Of a DNA stretch of 64,000 nucleotides, positions 40,493 through 49,507 are shown piece by piece. The notes beneath the pieces are model-generated. The model was not told where the DNA came from. It ran no database searches and saw only the letters and a program-made list of their open reading frames with translations. The first letter of the stretch is position 1, and every line of letters begins with the position of its first letter. Source of the DNA: an uncultured Candidatus Saccharibacteria bacterium (GTDB lineage: Bacteria; Patescibacteriota; Dojkabacteria; SC72). The translations under genes and the position numbers were made by a program. The DNA lies in the NCBI GenBank assembly GCA_964625015.1, contig CAZUZI010000002.1, forward strand, positions 1,899 through 65,898. Reading direction: 5' to 3'.

Positions 40493-41953
40493 ATGGAAAA
40501 AATAGACTTTGAAAACTATATAGACTCTGTACCAAAACCGAACATAGAAGGAGGGTATACTGAAGGCGTAGAAGAGGATGCTAATGTAGAGAATGTATGG
40601 AAAAGTGCTTCAGAGATACTTAGAACTACAATTGATAAGGTACAATACAATTCTTGGTTTACAGGTGTTTTCTTAGAAGATATTAGAAATGGTACTGCAA
40701 TATTTTCCTGTCCAAATGAATTTAACCGGAGAAGAATAGAGGAAGATTACAAAGTATTACTGAAAACTGCTTTGCTTAAATCTACAGGACAAGATCTTCA
40801 ATTAGATTTTTTCATAAAGCACTCTTCTGAAGACAATAAGAGGAATAGGTATAAATATGCACAACAGGAATCAGAGAGTATAGATCTTTTTACAGCTTCT
40901 GAAAATGAGCAAAAAAGATATCAAAGAGCATTAGCTGATTCAGGGCTAAATCCTAGGTATACATTTGATAACTTTATAGTAGGTTCACATAACAGATTGG
41001 CAGAGGCAGTGGCACAGGCAGTAGTGAATGAACCAGGAAGAGCATATAACCCTGTTTTTATCTATGGTATGACTGGTGTTGGTAAAACACATCTTATGCA
41101 CGCAATTGGGAATGAATTGATAAAAAACAATTCAAGTACAAAGGTTGTATATGTTTCTATTGAGCAATTCCTTAATGAAATGATAGGGGCAATACAAACA
41201 AGGAAGACTGAAGATTTTAGGGCAAAATATAGAACGGTAGATCTATTAATAATAGATGATGTTCAATTTGTAGAGACATATCCCAAAACACAAGAGGAGT
41301 TATTTAATACATTTAATACTCTTTATCACGCAAATAAACAAATAATATTAGCATCAGATAGACCTCCAAAAGAGATAAGAAATATAACTGATAGGTTAAG
41401 ATCTAGATTTGAAGGTGGTATGGTTGCTGATATACAACCTCCTGATTATGAGACAAGGGTTGCAATACTAAAACACGGTATGGTAGAGAAGAAAACAACT
41501 ATTCCTGATGACTATGTTGAGTTAATTGCAAAAAATATTGATAGTAATGTTAGGGAGTTAGAAGGTGCTTTAAACAAAGTAATTACCCTTATCAAAATAG
41601 GGGACAACCCTACATTTGAACAGGTTGCAAAGATATTAAAGGTAGATATAGAGAGTAAAAGAGTAAAGATTACTCCACAAAAGGTAATAAAGAGTGTTTC
41701 TACAGTGTTTGATGTCTCCGTTACAGATATAAAGGGAAGTAGAAGAACTGCATATGTTGCTCTCGCAAGACAGGTAGTTATGTATATCTTACGAAAAGAA
41801 CTTGATTTACCTCTAGAAAGAGTTGCTAAAGAGGTAAATAGAAAGGATCATACTACTGTAATTCATGCATATAAACAAATTTGTGAAAAGGTCGAAAAAG
41901 ATAGTCGGTTTGCGGAAAAGATAGAGCTTTGCAGGAGAGAGTTAACTCAATAA
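40493..41953 (+). CDS. dnaA: Chromosomal replication initiator protein DnaA
   Basis: AAA+ Walker A (GMTGVGKTHL), a Walker B DD motif, and a C-terminal DNA-binding domain IV. The ORF track starts at 40376; the ATG at 40493 (MEKIDF...) is preferred. Confidence 0.92.
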   Translation: MEKIDFENYIDSVPKPNIEGGYTEGVEEDANVENVWKSASEILRTTIDKVQYNSWFTGVFLEDIRNGTAIFSCPNEFNRRRIEEDYKVLLKTALLKSTGQDLQLDFFIKHSSEDNKRNRYKYAQQESESIDLFTASENEQKRYQRALADSGLNPRYTFDNFIVGSHNRLAEAVAQAVVNEPGRAYNPVFIYGMTGVGKTHLMHAIGNELIKNNSSTKVVYVSIEQFLNEMIGAIQTRKTEDFRAKYRTVDLLIIDDVQFVETYPKTQEELFNTFNTLYHANKQIILASDRPPKEIRNITDRLRSRFEGGMVADIQPPDYETRVAILKHGMVEKKTTIPDDYVELIAKNIDSNVRELEGALNKVITLIKIGDNPTFEQVAKILKVDIESKRVKITPQKVIKSVSTVFDVSVTDIKGSRRTAYVALARQVVMYILRKELDLPLERVAKEVNRKDHTTVIHAYKQICEKVEKDSRFAEKIELCRRELTQ

Positions 41954-42389
41954 TAGTGTATATCTCGTGGATAGGTGTGGATAACATATGAATAAGTAAT
42001 ACTTATTCCACAAAATAGAGAATTCTTTTGATAAGGGATTTCTTTAAAAAAGACTTAAACAAAAGGATTCTACTATTCACAATAAATATGCAGTTATCCA
42101 AAGAAATACACAATTACAATCCACAGTAGATAATAGATAGAAAGAGTAGAGTATAAATATATTTTTAAAAAAGAGAATAGAAACTTTTCGACAAGTGTGA
42201 TTTAGAGAAAAAAGCTTGAAAGTAGTAGATATGTTTAAAAAGAATAAACACTTATCAACTTATACACACTCCCTACTACTATTACTACTTAATATATTAA
42301 TATAGTAGAACAGTAGAAAAGAAATAAGAGATTGAGTACAATAGAGTAGATTACTGCCCAATATATAAAATATTTTTAAGATAAAGAAA
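41954..42389. other. dnaA-dnaN intergenic origin region (oriC) with DnaA boxes and AT-rich candidate unwinding elements
   Basis: TGTGGATAA at 41976..41984 (perfect, reverse orientation), GTGGATAGG at 41968..41976, TTATCCAAA at 42094..42102, TTATACACA at 42260..42268. The whole 436-nt spacer is very AT-rich. Confidence 0.6.
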
Positions 42390-43511
42390 ATGCAATTTAC
42401 ATGTAATCAAGATACATTTGCAAAGTATCTTAATATAGTTAGTAGGGTAGTAAGTAGTAAACCAGGATTACCAATACTTAATAATGTTCAATTTGAGAGT
42501 AGCAAAGGTAAGCTTTTAATAACAGCTACAGATTTAGAGATAGGCTTAAGTACATGGATAGGTGCAGATGTTAAATCTGAAGGTAAGATTACTGTTCCTG
42601 CAAAGCAATTAACAGAGTTAGTAAGTAATGTTTCTGGGGAGACAATAGATGTAATACTTGAGAATCAGAGTTTTAATGTTACAAGTGGTAGTAATGATGC
42701 TAGTTTCAATACGATGCCAGCAGATGATTTTCCAGAGGTTGCTACTGTAAAGGATGGTAAACCACTTTTTAAGATTTCTAAGGATATTCTTGTTAAAGGT
42801 GTAAACAGAGTTGCATTTGCTGTTGCGACTGATGATATAAAACCAGTTTTAACAGGCATTCTTCTTGAAATCTCTGGTGGTACTATTTCTTTTGTTGGTA
42901 CTGATGGATTGAGACTTTCTAGACAGATTGTTAAACTTGATGTAAATGCAGAGAAAGATATTAATGTACTTGTTCCTGTAAAAGCATTACAAGAGCTGTC
43001 CTTTATCGTTTCTGAAATAGGTGAGAAGAGTGATATTGAAGTATATTTAATAGAGGATAGGAATCAGATACTCTTCAGATACGGTGATGTAGATTTAGTA
43101 TCAAGATTAATAGATGGACAATTTCCTGAGTATAGGCAAATTATTCCTACTGGATACAAGACATTATCTAAAGTAAGTAGAAATGAGTTCTTAAATTCTC
43201 TTAAGATCACAAATATCATTGCGAAGAGTGTATTAGGTAACAAGATAGTGCTAGATATAGATTCTAAATCTAACAGTATTACGATGTCTGCAACTCAAAC
43301 AGACTTAGGTAGTAACAAGAGTTCGTTCAGTGGAGAAATAGAGGGGGAGTCTTTAAAGATGGCTTTCAGTTCTAGATTACTATCTGATGTATTAAATCAT
43401 CTTGATGGTGAAGATATTATCTTTGAATGCAGTGAGACCGTTAAACCAGGAGTGTTTAAGATTCCTGAAGATGCTGATTTTGTACATCTTGTAATGCCAA
43501 TGATGCTTTAG
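42390..43511 (+). CDS. dnaN: DNA polymerase III beta sliding clamp
   Basis: 373 aa with three-domain clamp architecture; the N-terminus MQFTCNQDTFAKYLNIVSRVV is typical. Confidence 0.93.
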   Translation: MQFTCNQDTFAKYLNIVSRVVSSKPGLPILNNVQFESSKGKLLITATDLEIGLSTWIGADVKSEGKITVPAKQLTELVSNVSGETIDVILENQSFNVTSGSNDASFNTMPADDFPEVATVKDGKPLFKISKDILVKGVNRVAFAVATDDIKPVLTGILLEISGGTISFVGTDGLRLSRQIVKLDVNAEKDINVLVPVKALQELSFIVSEIGEKSDIEVYLIEDRNQILFRYGDVDLVSRLIDGQFPEYRQIIPTGYKTLSKVSRNEFLNSLKITNIIAKSVLGNKIVLDIDSKSNSITMSATQTDLGSNKSSFSGEIEGESLKMAFSSRLLSDVLNHLDGEDIIFECSETVKPGVFKIPEDADFVHLVMPMML

Positions 43512-44175
43512 GATCTTTTATCCTATATCCTTGGCCGTGTACAGTCTCAATTAATGCTTTATTAGAGATCTTGTCTCTTATCCTTTTTACATGCACATCT
43601 ACAGTATTAGAACCTGTATAGCTTCTGTAATCCCATACATGATCAAGGAGTTCACACCTGCTAATAATTCTATTCCTATTTCTTGCTAGGTATTCAAAAA
43701 GGTCATACTCTTTCTTTCTTAAATCAATATCTTTTTCTCTTTCACAAACAGTTCTGTTCCTAGTATCAAGTGTTACATCGCCAATATATATTTCATTGTC
43801 TATATAGCTTCTTGGTCTTCTGAGTAGAGATTGTATTCTTGCTACTAGTTCCTGCATAGGGAATGGATATGAAAGAACATCGTCTCCTCCATGATTTAAA
43901 AAATTCACTTTATCCCTCCATGTACCTGTACTACAGAGACCAAGTATTTTACAATCTATATCCTTAATCCTTTTTACTCTGTTCAGTATGTCTTGTGTTG
44001 TAAAAGTTCCCGATATATTCGTATCTAAGATTAATATATCAAAGATATTTCTCTTTACTATATTCTCAACATTAAAATCCTGTGTATCCTCCGTAACATT
44101 ATATCCATATGTTCCTAAGCTCTTCTTTAATATGTATGAAATAGTTTTAGATTTATCTATAATTAAGATATTCAT
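43456..44175 (-). CDS. OmpR-family response regulator (REC + winged-helix output); orphan, no adjacent histidine kinase
   Basis: REC domain with FDILILD, and a C-terminal trans_reg_C (VHGQGYRI). Its 3' end overlaps the dnaN 3' end by 56 nt (convergent). Confidence 0.8.
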   Translation of the reverse strand: MNILIIDKSKTISYILKKSLGTYGYNVTEDTQDFNVENIVKRNIFDILILDTNISGTFTTQDILNRVKRIKDIDCKILGLCSTGTWRDKVNFLNHGGDDVLSYPFPMQELVARIQSLLRRPRSYIDNEIYIGDVTLDTRNRTVCEREKDIDLRKKEYDLFEYLARNRNRIISRCELLDHVWDYRSYTGSNTVDVHVKRIRDKISNKALIETVHGQGYRIKDPKASLALQDVQNQHLQES

Positions 44176-44221
44176 GTAGTTTTACTACTAAAATTAATCT
44201 TAAAGAATATGGCTAAAAGAA

Positions 44222-44611
44222 GTGGTAGAGAAAACTTATAGAGAAAGAAATATTAAATACTTGGTATCACTAATCTTCTTAACAGTTTTCTCTGTTATTA
44301 TTCTGTTATATTTACTCTCATTAGGTACTTTTATTCCTGAGGACATCAATGGAGAGTATAGTGTGTTAAATATTACTGTTTTTTCAATGCTTTCTCTTAC
44401 TGGAATCTTTTCATTTGTTACACTCCTTATATATTTATTCATCTCTGTCATCCTTAAGAAAGATAGAGCAGAGATACTTTCTGCGAAATTTTCCATGCTA
44501 TTTACCATCGGGGTTCTTCTTGTCTTCTTACTTAATTTTCTGCATCTATTGGATATATATTGGGGAGTAGGTATACTAATTGTTCTCATTCTAATTTCAT
44601 TTGTAATATAA
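44222..44611 (+). CDS. Hypothetical membrane protein
   Basis: 129 aa with four hydrophobic segments. Confidence 0.4.
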   Translation: MVEKTYRERNIKYLVSLIFLTVFSVIILLYLLSLGTFIPEDINGEYSVLNITVFSMLSLTGIFSFVTLLIYLFISVILKKDRAEILSAKFSMLFTIGVLLVFLLNFLHLLDIYWGVGILIVLILISFVI

Positions 44612-44619
44612 TTGGGGAT

Positions 44620-45306
44620 ATGAAAAGTAAAAACAACATAGTAAAAAATGAATTCTCAGATATTTTAAAAATAATCTCAGGAGAAATTTCTCTAAGAGAA
44701 AGAGAGGAGCAAATTCAGAAACTTAAAGAGGAGGTAAAGGAAAATAAAAAAATAGAGAGAAGAGTTAAGATTGCAAAGAAGGAGTTGATACTTGAAGAGG
44801 GTGATGTTGAAACTAAGAATGTAGTACAAAATATAAAACTTTTTGAATGGGAGGCTCCAGAGAGAATGGTTTTAAAAATAGAGAATAAACAATTCCTTAT
44901 TATATTAGGAGCTTGTATGGTATTAGTACTCTATTTTGCGATACTAGGTAATTACTACTTAATGGCCTCTCTTATTGCACTTCTCTTCTTTCTTTATGTT
45001 GCTAGTACAAATAAACCATTAACAATGAAATACAAGATTACTACAAGGGGGGTAGATACTGGTGGTAAGCTATATGAGTGGTTTATGCTTAATGATTTCT
45101 GGTTCTCAAAGAAAGATGATCAGTTATTTCTAAATATTAATACTAAGTTAAGATTTCCAAAAGGCTTAATACTACTTCTTAATGAGGAAGATAAAGATGC
45201 TCTATTTGTTCTTCTACAAGAGAAGGTTCTGTATAGGGATGTTAGAAAGCAGGGTTGGTTGGACAAGATCATGTACGGTAAATATATCCCATTTGAAGAG
45301 GTATAA
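44620..45306 (+). CDS. Hypothetical protein with a central TM hairpin
   Basis: The ORF track starts at 44560, but the ATG at 44620 (MKSKNNIV) avoids overlap with the upstream gene. Charged coiled-coil N-terminus, then TM segments. Confidence 0.45.
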   Translation: MKSKNNIVKNEFSDILKIISGEISLREREEQIQKLKEEVKENKKIERRVKIAKKELILEEGDVETKNVVQNIKLFEWEAPERMVLKIENKQFLIILGACMVLVLYFAILGNYYLMASLIALLFFLYVASTNKPLTMKYKITTRGVDTGGKLYEWFMLNDFWFSKKDDQLFLNINTKLRFPKGLILLLNEEDKDALFVLLQEKVLYRDVRKQGWLDKIMYGKYIPFEEV

Positions 45307-45331
45307 AGCCTGGCTCTGGTATAATACTACT

Positions 45332-45418
45332 GGAGAGGTGCTAGAGTGGTCGAATAGGGCACTCTCGAAAAGTGTTATCCCTTAACTGGGATCATGGGTT
45401 CGAATCCCATCCTCTCCG
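45332..45418 (+). tRNA. tRNA-Ser (anticodon CGA), class II
   Basis: Acceptor ggagagg/cctctcc, anticodon loop ctcgaaa, long variable arm, T-arm atggg-ttcgaat-cccat. Confidence 0.85.
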
Positions 45419-45804
45419 TTTTGCCGATTAGGTGTTTTTTCTTTCTGTATATTTATCTCAACTTGTTCTTTTATTAATTTCTTTATCTCTTCTATTGGTA
45501 TTTCTTGATCAGATTGTATTTGTATTATTTTCTTTCCTGTTTTGTATCCTTTCTTTTCTAACGTTTTTCTCATTTCATCTGAAAGATTCTCTCCACCCAT
45601 TCCATAGCTTACATGCTTTGTAAAGGCTGAATATCCTGATAAGAGGCCATGATATCTATAGAAGGGGATTCCCCAACTTATTCTTTCTTCTACATCTGGA
45701 ACAGTTGATTTTATTAGAGCCCTGAGCTCTTTCATTATTTTCTGCAATTTAGAGGAGGAATTTGCAATATATGTATCTACATCTTTAGCAATTTGTTTTG
45801 CCAT
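45382..45804 (-). CDS. DUF1801 (YdhG-like) domain protein; the last ~12 codons are read from the antisense of the tRNA-Ser 3' end
   Basis: The ISWGIPFY motif is typical of DUF1801. The C-terminal ...GEDGIRTHDPS is the classical translation of the reverse complement of a tRNA T-arm (GGATTCGAACC). Confidence 0.55.
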   Translation of the reverse strand: MAKQIAKDVDTYIANSSSKLQKIMKELRALIKSTVPDVEERISWGIPFYRYHGLLSGYSAFTKHVSYGMGGENLSDEMRKTLEKKGYKTGKKIIQIQSDQEIPIEEIKKLIKEQVEINIQKEKTPNRQNGEDGIRTHDPS

Positions 45805-45847
45805 ATTTCATTATATCAGATTTGATACCCACATAGATGTTTGCGTT

Positions 45848-45882
45848 TGTGGATAACTCTTAAAATATTGTTATAACAATAT
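45848..45882. promoter_or_regulatory. Isolated DnaA-box-like site (TGTGGATAA, 45848..45856) followed by an 18-bp perfect palindrome ATATTGTTATAACAATAT (45865..45882) in a divergent promoter region
   Basis: Both are seen directly in the sequence. The palindrome is a candidate operator for a dimeric regulator. Confidence 0.35.
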
Positions 45883-45977
45883 ATTTTAATATATAATTAC
45901 TATGTAAAACTAGTTATTATATTATAGGTATATATCTATGATATATAAAATACGTTCAATTTTTTGTATTATTAGTT

Positions 45978-46709
45978 ATGGACCAATTACCAAAAATAAA
46001 GAGATACCAAAAGAAATATGACTATTCATATGCTTTTGGTACATTTCCTGTAATAGAGTTACTTAAGAAACATCCAGAGAAAGTATTAAAAATACTTCTT
46101 CAGAGTAGAGCAGAGGATAGTGAAGGAGTTGAGGAGATAATCTCACTCTGTGAGAAAAATAGTATTCCATTTGAGTATGCAGATAGGACAATAGAAAGGA
46201 TATCTGTTAAAGAGAATACATATGTGGTTGGTTTATTTAAAAAATATAAATTGGAACTTGAAAGAGATACTGATCATTTAGTGTTAGTAAATCCTAGTAA
46301 TTTGGGAAATATTGGAACCATTATCAGAACTATGCTTGGTTTTGGTTTTAAGAATTTAGCAATTATTAAACCTGCTGGTGATATATTTGATCCTTCTGTT
46401 GTTAGATCTACAATGGGGGCGATATTTCATATTAAGTTTGAGCTTTTTAACAGCATAGAGGAATATACACAGAAGTATTCTAATCAGAATATATATACTT
46501 TTATGTTAGATGGGGCAGAGGAGATTTCTAATGTATCGTTTAAAGCCCCTATGAGCCTCATCTACGGCAATGAATCTAAAGGATTGAGTAAAGAGTTCAA
46601 AGAAATAGGGAAGAGTGTCTACATCTCTCATAACTCGGAGATTGATTCCTTGAATTTATCTATTGCTGTTGGTATCTCTCTTTGGGAGGTTTCTAAACAG
46701 GAAAAATAG
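45978..46709 (+). CDS. SpoU/TrmH-family RNA 2'-O-methyltransferase (RlmB-like)
   Basis: SPOUT motifs VNPSNLGNIGTIIRT, GNESKGL and LNLSIAVGI. Confidence 0.85.
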   Translation: MDQLPKIKRYQKKYDYSYAFGTFPVIELLKKHPEKVLKILLQSRAEDSEGVEEIISLCEKNSIPFEYADRTIERISVKENTYVVGLFKKYKLELERDTDHLVLVNPSNLGNIGTIIRTMLGFGFKNLAIIKPAGDIFDPSVVRSTMGAIFHIKFELFNSIEEYTQKYSNQNIYTFMLDGAEEISNVSFKAPMSLIYGNESKGLSKEFKEIGKSVYISHNSEIDSLNLSIAVGISLWEVSKQEK

Positions 46710-46718
46710 GCAAAGAAA

Positions 46719-46727
46719 TGGTATAAT
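46719..46727 (+). promoter_or_regulatory. Extended -10 element (TGGTATAAT) upstream of ssrA
   Basis: TGnTATAAT lies 21 nt upstream of the mature tmRNA 5' end, consistent with a short leader processed by RNase P. Confidence 0.4.
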
Positions 46728-46747
46728 ATATGGTTCTTTAAGAATAT

Positions 46748-47161
46748 GGGGACGCTAGGCTTTCGACAGAAGTTTATAAAGGCTGTTTGTCACAAATCGT
46801 TTTTTAGTTCGTAAAACTAAGACACAGATAAGTGTAGAAAACAAACTTAACGCTTTTGCAAGTAAGATTAGAGCTGCATTCTCTGCACCTCTTTATGCTT
46901 ACAATTTTGCATAAGTCTAACTGATTAATTTCGGTTAGTATCTATACATTCTTATCCCTGATTAAGTGGTATAGATAGTCGTTATCAGGGTGTAGTATTG
47001 AATACTTGTCAGTGAGGATTCTTTACAAAATACAAATACTGAGTAGACAGAGCTTTTTGTTAGATTTTTTAGTTTTGTCTGACTATACAAATCTAAATAC
47101 GTTTGTACATGGCACAGTTTTTAGCTTTTGGACGTGGGTTCAAATCCCACCGTCTCCACCA
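46748..47161 (+). ncRNA. ssrA: Transfer-messenger RNA (tmRNA, SsrA)
   Basis: 5' GGGGACGCUAGGCUUUCGACAG (tRNA-like acceptor/D analogue) and 3' GGACGUGGGUUCAAAUCCCACCGUCUCCACCA (T-arm, acceptor, CCA). These match the universal tmRNA ends, and acceptor pairing is ggggacg/cgtctcc. An internal candidate tag ORF ends in ...APLYAYNFA-stop (46858..46914). Confidence 0.78.
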
Positions 47162-47186
47162 GTAAATGTGGTACAATTTTCTTAGT

Positions 47187-47426
47187 ATGAAAAAAACATT
47201 AAAAATCTTTTTTGTGGTAATTCTTTTAATCTTTCTTGCAGTATTAGTTAGATGGGCAAGTTGTGTATATTCATGTAATAGAGAGAATCCAAAAAGCGAA
47301 TGTGCTGAGGGAGCGATTGGTTGTCCATATGCTGGGTGTGCATATAACTGCTATCTGTTTTGTGTTAATACTGATAGTGGGCCACTTTGTTTATTTCCAG
47401 CTCCATCTTGGATGATTGGCTTATAA
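47187..47426 (+). CDS. Small Cys-rich secreted/membrane peptide (79 aa, signal/TM then 10 Cys)
   Basis: MKKTLKIFFVVILLIFLAVLV... then CVYSCNRENPKSECAEGAIGCPYAGCAYNCYLFCVNTDSGPLC. It is the first gene after the tmRNA 3' end. Confidence 0.45.
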   Translation: MKKTLKIFFVVILLIFLAVLVRWASCVYSCNRENPKSECAEGAIGCPYAGCAYNCYLFCVNTDSGPLCLFPAPSWMIGL

Positions 47427-47591
47427 GTATTTGTATGGGAGAAGAGTAGGAGGATTGGATTTAAAGAATTCTGCCAATTGTAGAAGAAAGGTTCTTAATG
47501 AGTTCGAACTTTTAACTACGATGTCTACCATTTTGTATCCATTCTGAAGTTCTGAACGAACTCTTTTAGTCTAAAATTTGTTTTTAATATT

Positions 47592-47948
47592 ATGAATATT
47601 GAACAATATGTGGATGATGAAGGGTTATATATTCTTCCTAAGGGTTTTAAGGCTTTAATTAGTATTACCTTGAAAGATGGAAGAACGTTGGTTGCAAATA
47701 TGATATTAAAAAAATTTCATCGTGTAGTTGGAATAATGGATGACTGTACTGGAGATGTTGTATATGAACGATTATGCTTTCCATATGATTTAATTAGTCT
47801 GAGTCCAGAATCTGAACTTAATTATACTGCACAAGGAAAGTCAGAAGAAAGGATTGATGTATATGAGGACTTTGTTATAACGGAAGTAATATCTGATGTA
47901 TTGCCAGAGGATATTGAGGAGCTTATTCTTACGGAGTATAGAGATTAG
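47592..47948 (+). CDS. Hypothetical acidic protein
   Basis: 118-aa ORF with no recognisable motif. Confidence 0.4.
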   Translation: MNIEQYVDDEGLYILPKGFKALISITLKDGRTLVANMILKKFHRVVGIMDDCTGDVVYERLCFPYDLISLSPESELNYTAQGKSEERIDVYEDFVITEVISDVLPEDIEELILTEYRD

Positions 47949-48608
47949 TTATATTAACGTATATACTTTATCCCATATCTGTTTCATTTCTGATTGGTTG
48001 TTTGCTGAATCTGTATGGAAAACTCCATGTATATTATTTAGTATTATATCTCTGTTAAGTGTTGGTTGTAGTATTTTTTCTAGTTCTGTTCTTAATTCTT
48101 TTACATTTACATTTTCTACTGTGAAGTTTCCAATAGTTATATGTGTTAGATAGTTATCAAATACTTTTGAATAACCATATTTGGAAAGATATTTTATAGA
48201 TTGCTCATCAAAATCTTTGTTGTTTAATCTCTCAATATCCTTCTCTCTTATATAATTCATTCTGTACTTATTGAGCATTCTTGTAATATTTTTATGATGC
48301 TTTTTTATCATTTCCCCACTTAGATCTACATAGAAAAATTTGTCTTTATCATTGTAAATGAGGTTTGAGATATGAACAGGAAATGGTTTCTGTTGTTGTA
48401 TATATTCTTCTAAGTCATGGATACCCTTCTCAAGATTCTCTTGTGGAAAAGGCATTATTGTAAAACCTATATGTGGTGGTATATGAGAGTACTGATTCCC
48501 ATATTTGTTGTTCATAAGAAGTTTTGCTTGAACAAGTTCTCTAATATTTAATATCGAATTAACGGAGAATACTGTATTGATAGGTCTAAATGAGGTTTCC
48601 ATTTTCAC
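47949..48608 (-). CDS. Possible 2H phosphoesterase-like protein (LigT/CPDase superfamily), tentative
   Basis: One clear H-x-T-x motif (THITIG) and a degenerate first motif (PHIGFTI); 219 aa. Confidence 0.3.
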   Translation of the reverse strand: MKMETSFRPINTVFSVNSILNIRELVQAKLLMNNKYGNQYSHIPPHIGFTIMPFPQENLEKGIHDLEEYIQQQKPFPVHISNLIYNDKDKFFYVDLSGEMIKKHHKNITRMLNKYRMNYIREKDIERLNNKDFDEQSIKYLSKYGYSKVFDNYLTHITIGNFTVENVNVKELRTELEKILQPTLNRDIILNNIHGVFHTDSANNQSEMKQIWDKVYTLI

Positions 48609-48630
48609 AATTATATCATTTTAATTTTTC

Positions 48631-49170
48631 ATGATATACATATTAGATATGGATGAGATTAATGAAGGTTCTAAAATAGATTCGTATGAAGAAAGATATC
48701 GTATAGCATTAGAGGATAATTCAACATATAGAAACTGTACTGGGTTTGTTAAGTATATGCTTGGTTATGGTGAAAAAGAAACATTTGTAAGTCCTAGTGA
48801 TCTATCTGATAGCGGGCTCTTAAAGTATATTAAGGCAAAGGATAGGGTTGATATGAATTCTGGTAAGGAGGACGGAGGGGTAGAGGAATCGGAGTATTTA
48901 GCTAAGGCAAGAGATGCAGTCGTTGTTGGAGTGCTTGTTAATAAGCGAGAGAGGCAGGATGTTACAACGTTTGGAGATATGGTTAATGAAACTCGTAAAG
49001 GGTGGATGTATGTCCATTTTGCATTTATTGACCCAGAGGATCCATCTATGGTCTATCAAAGAAGTGATACAGAAAAGAAACCAGAACATACTTCTTGGCA
49101 TAATTTCGTTGATGATTATGGTGAATTTGATGATATGGAAATGATGATTGTATTCTTTGATAGGGCTTAA
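48631..49170 (+). CDS. Hypothetical protein
   Basis: 179-aa acidic ORF. Confidence 0.4.
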   Translation: MIYILDMDEINEGSKIDSYEERYRIALEDNSTYRNCTGFVKYMLGYGEKETFVSPSDLSDSGLLKYIKAKDRVDMNSGKEDGGVEESEYLAKARDAVVVGVLVNKRERQDVTTFGDMVNETRKGWMYVHFAFIDPEDPSMVYQRSDTEKKPEHTSWHNFVDDYGEFDDMEMMIVFFDRA

Positions 49171-49427
49171 GGTACTGTTGTATCACATGCCATCTCTGTA
49201 CATACGGTTTCTCCATCGCTACAGAAGCATGTGTTACACCCATCTATAGATTTGTATGTTTCTCCATCTGAATATGCCCAACCGTTGTATTCACATCTAT
49301 TTGGTTGTTTAAAGAGTTCTATATTTTCTGTATAAAAGATATAGCTAATTAGTCCTATGATAATTGTTCCCATTGTTATTATCACTCCGTACAGGAAGTT
49401 TATTTTCTTTTGGGTGTCTTCGTTCAT
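49167..49427 (-). CDS. Small membrane-anchored Cys-rich protein with a Kazal-like motif
   Basis: N-terminal TM helix, then CEYNGWAYSDGETYKSIDGCNTCFCSDGETVCTEMAC; the DG.TY...C..C.C spacing resembles Kazal-type inhibitor domains. Confidence 0.4.
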   Translation of the reverse strand: MNEDTQKKINFLYGVIITMGTIIIGLISYIFYTENIELFKQPNRCEYNGWAYSDGETYKSIDGCNTCFCSDGETVCTEMACDTTVP

Positions 49428-49507
49428 ATATCTTAATATACAATATGGCTGTTTATTGTACTAGTATTTATTCTGATATAGAATGCAGTACCAGAAGTAT
49501 GAAAGCT

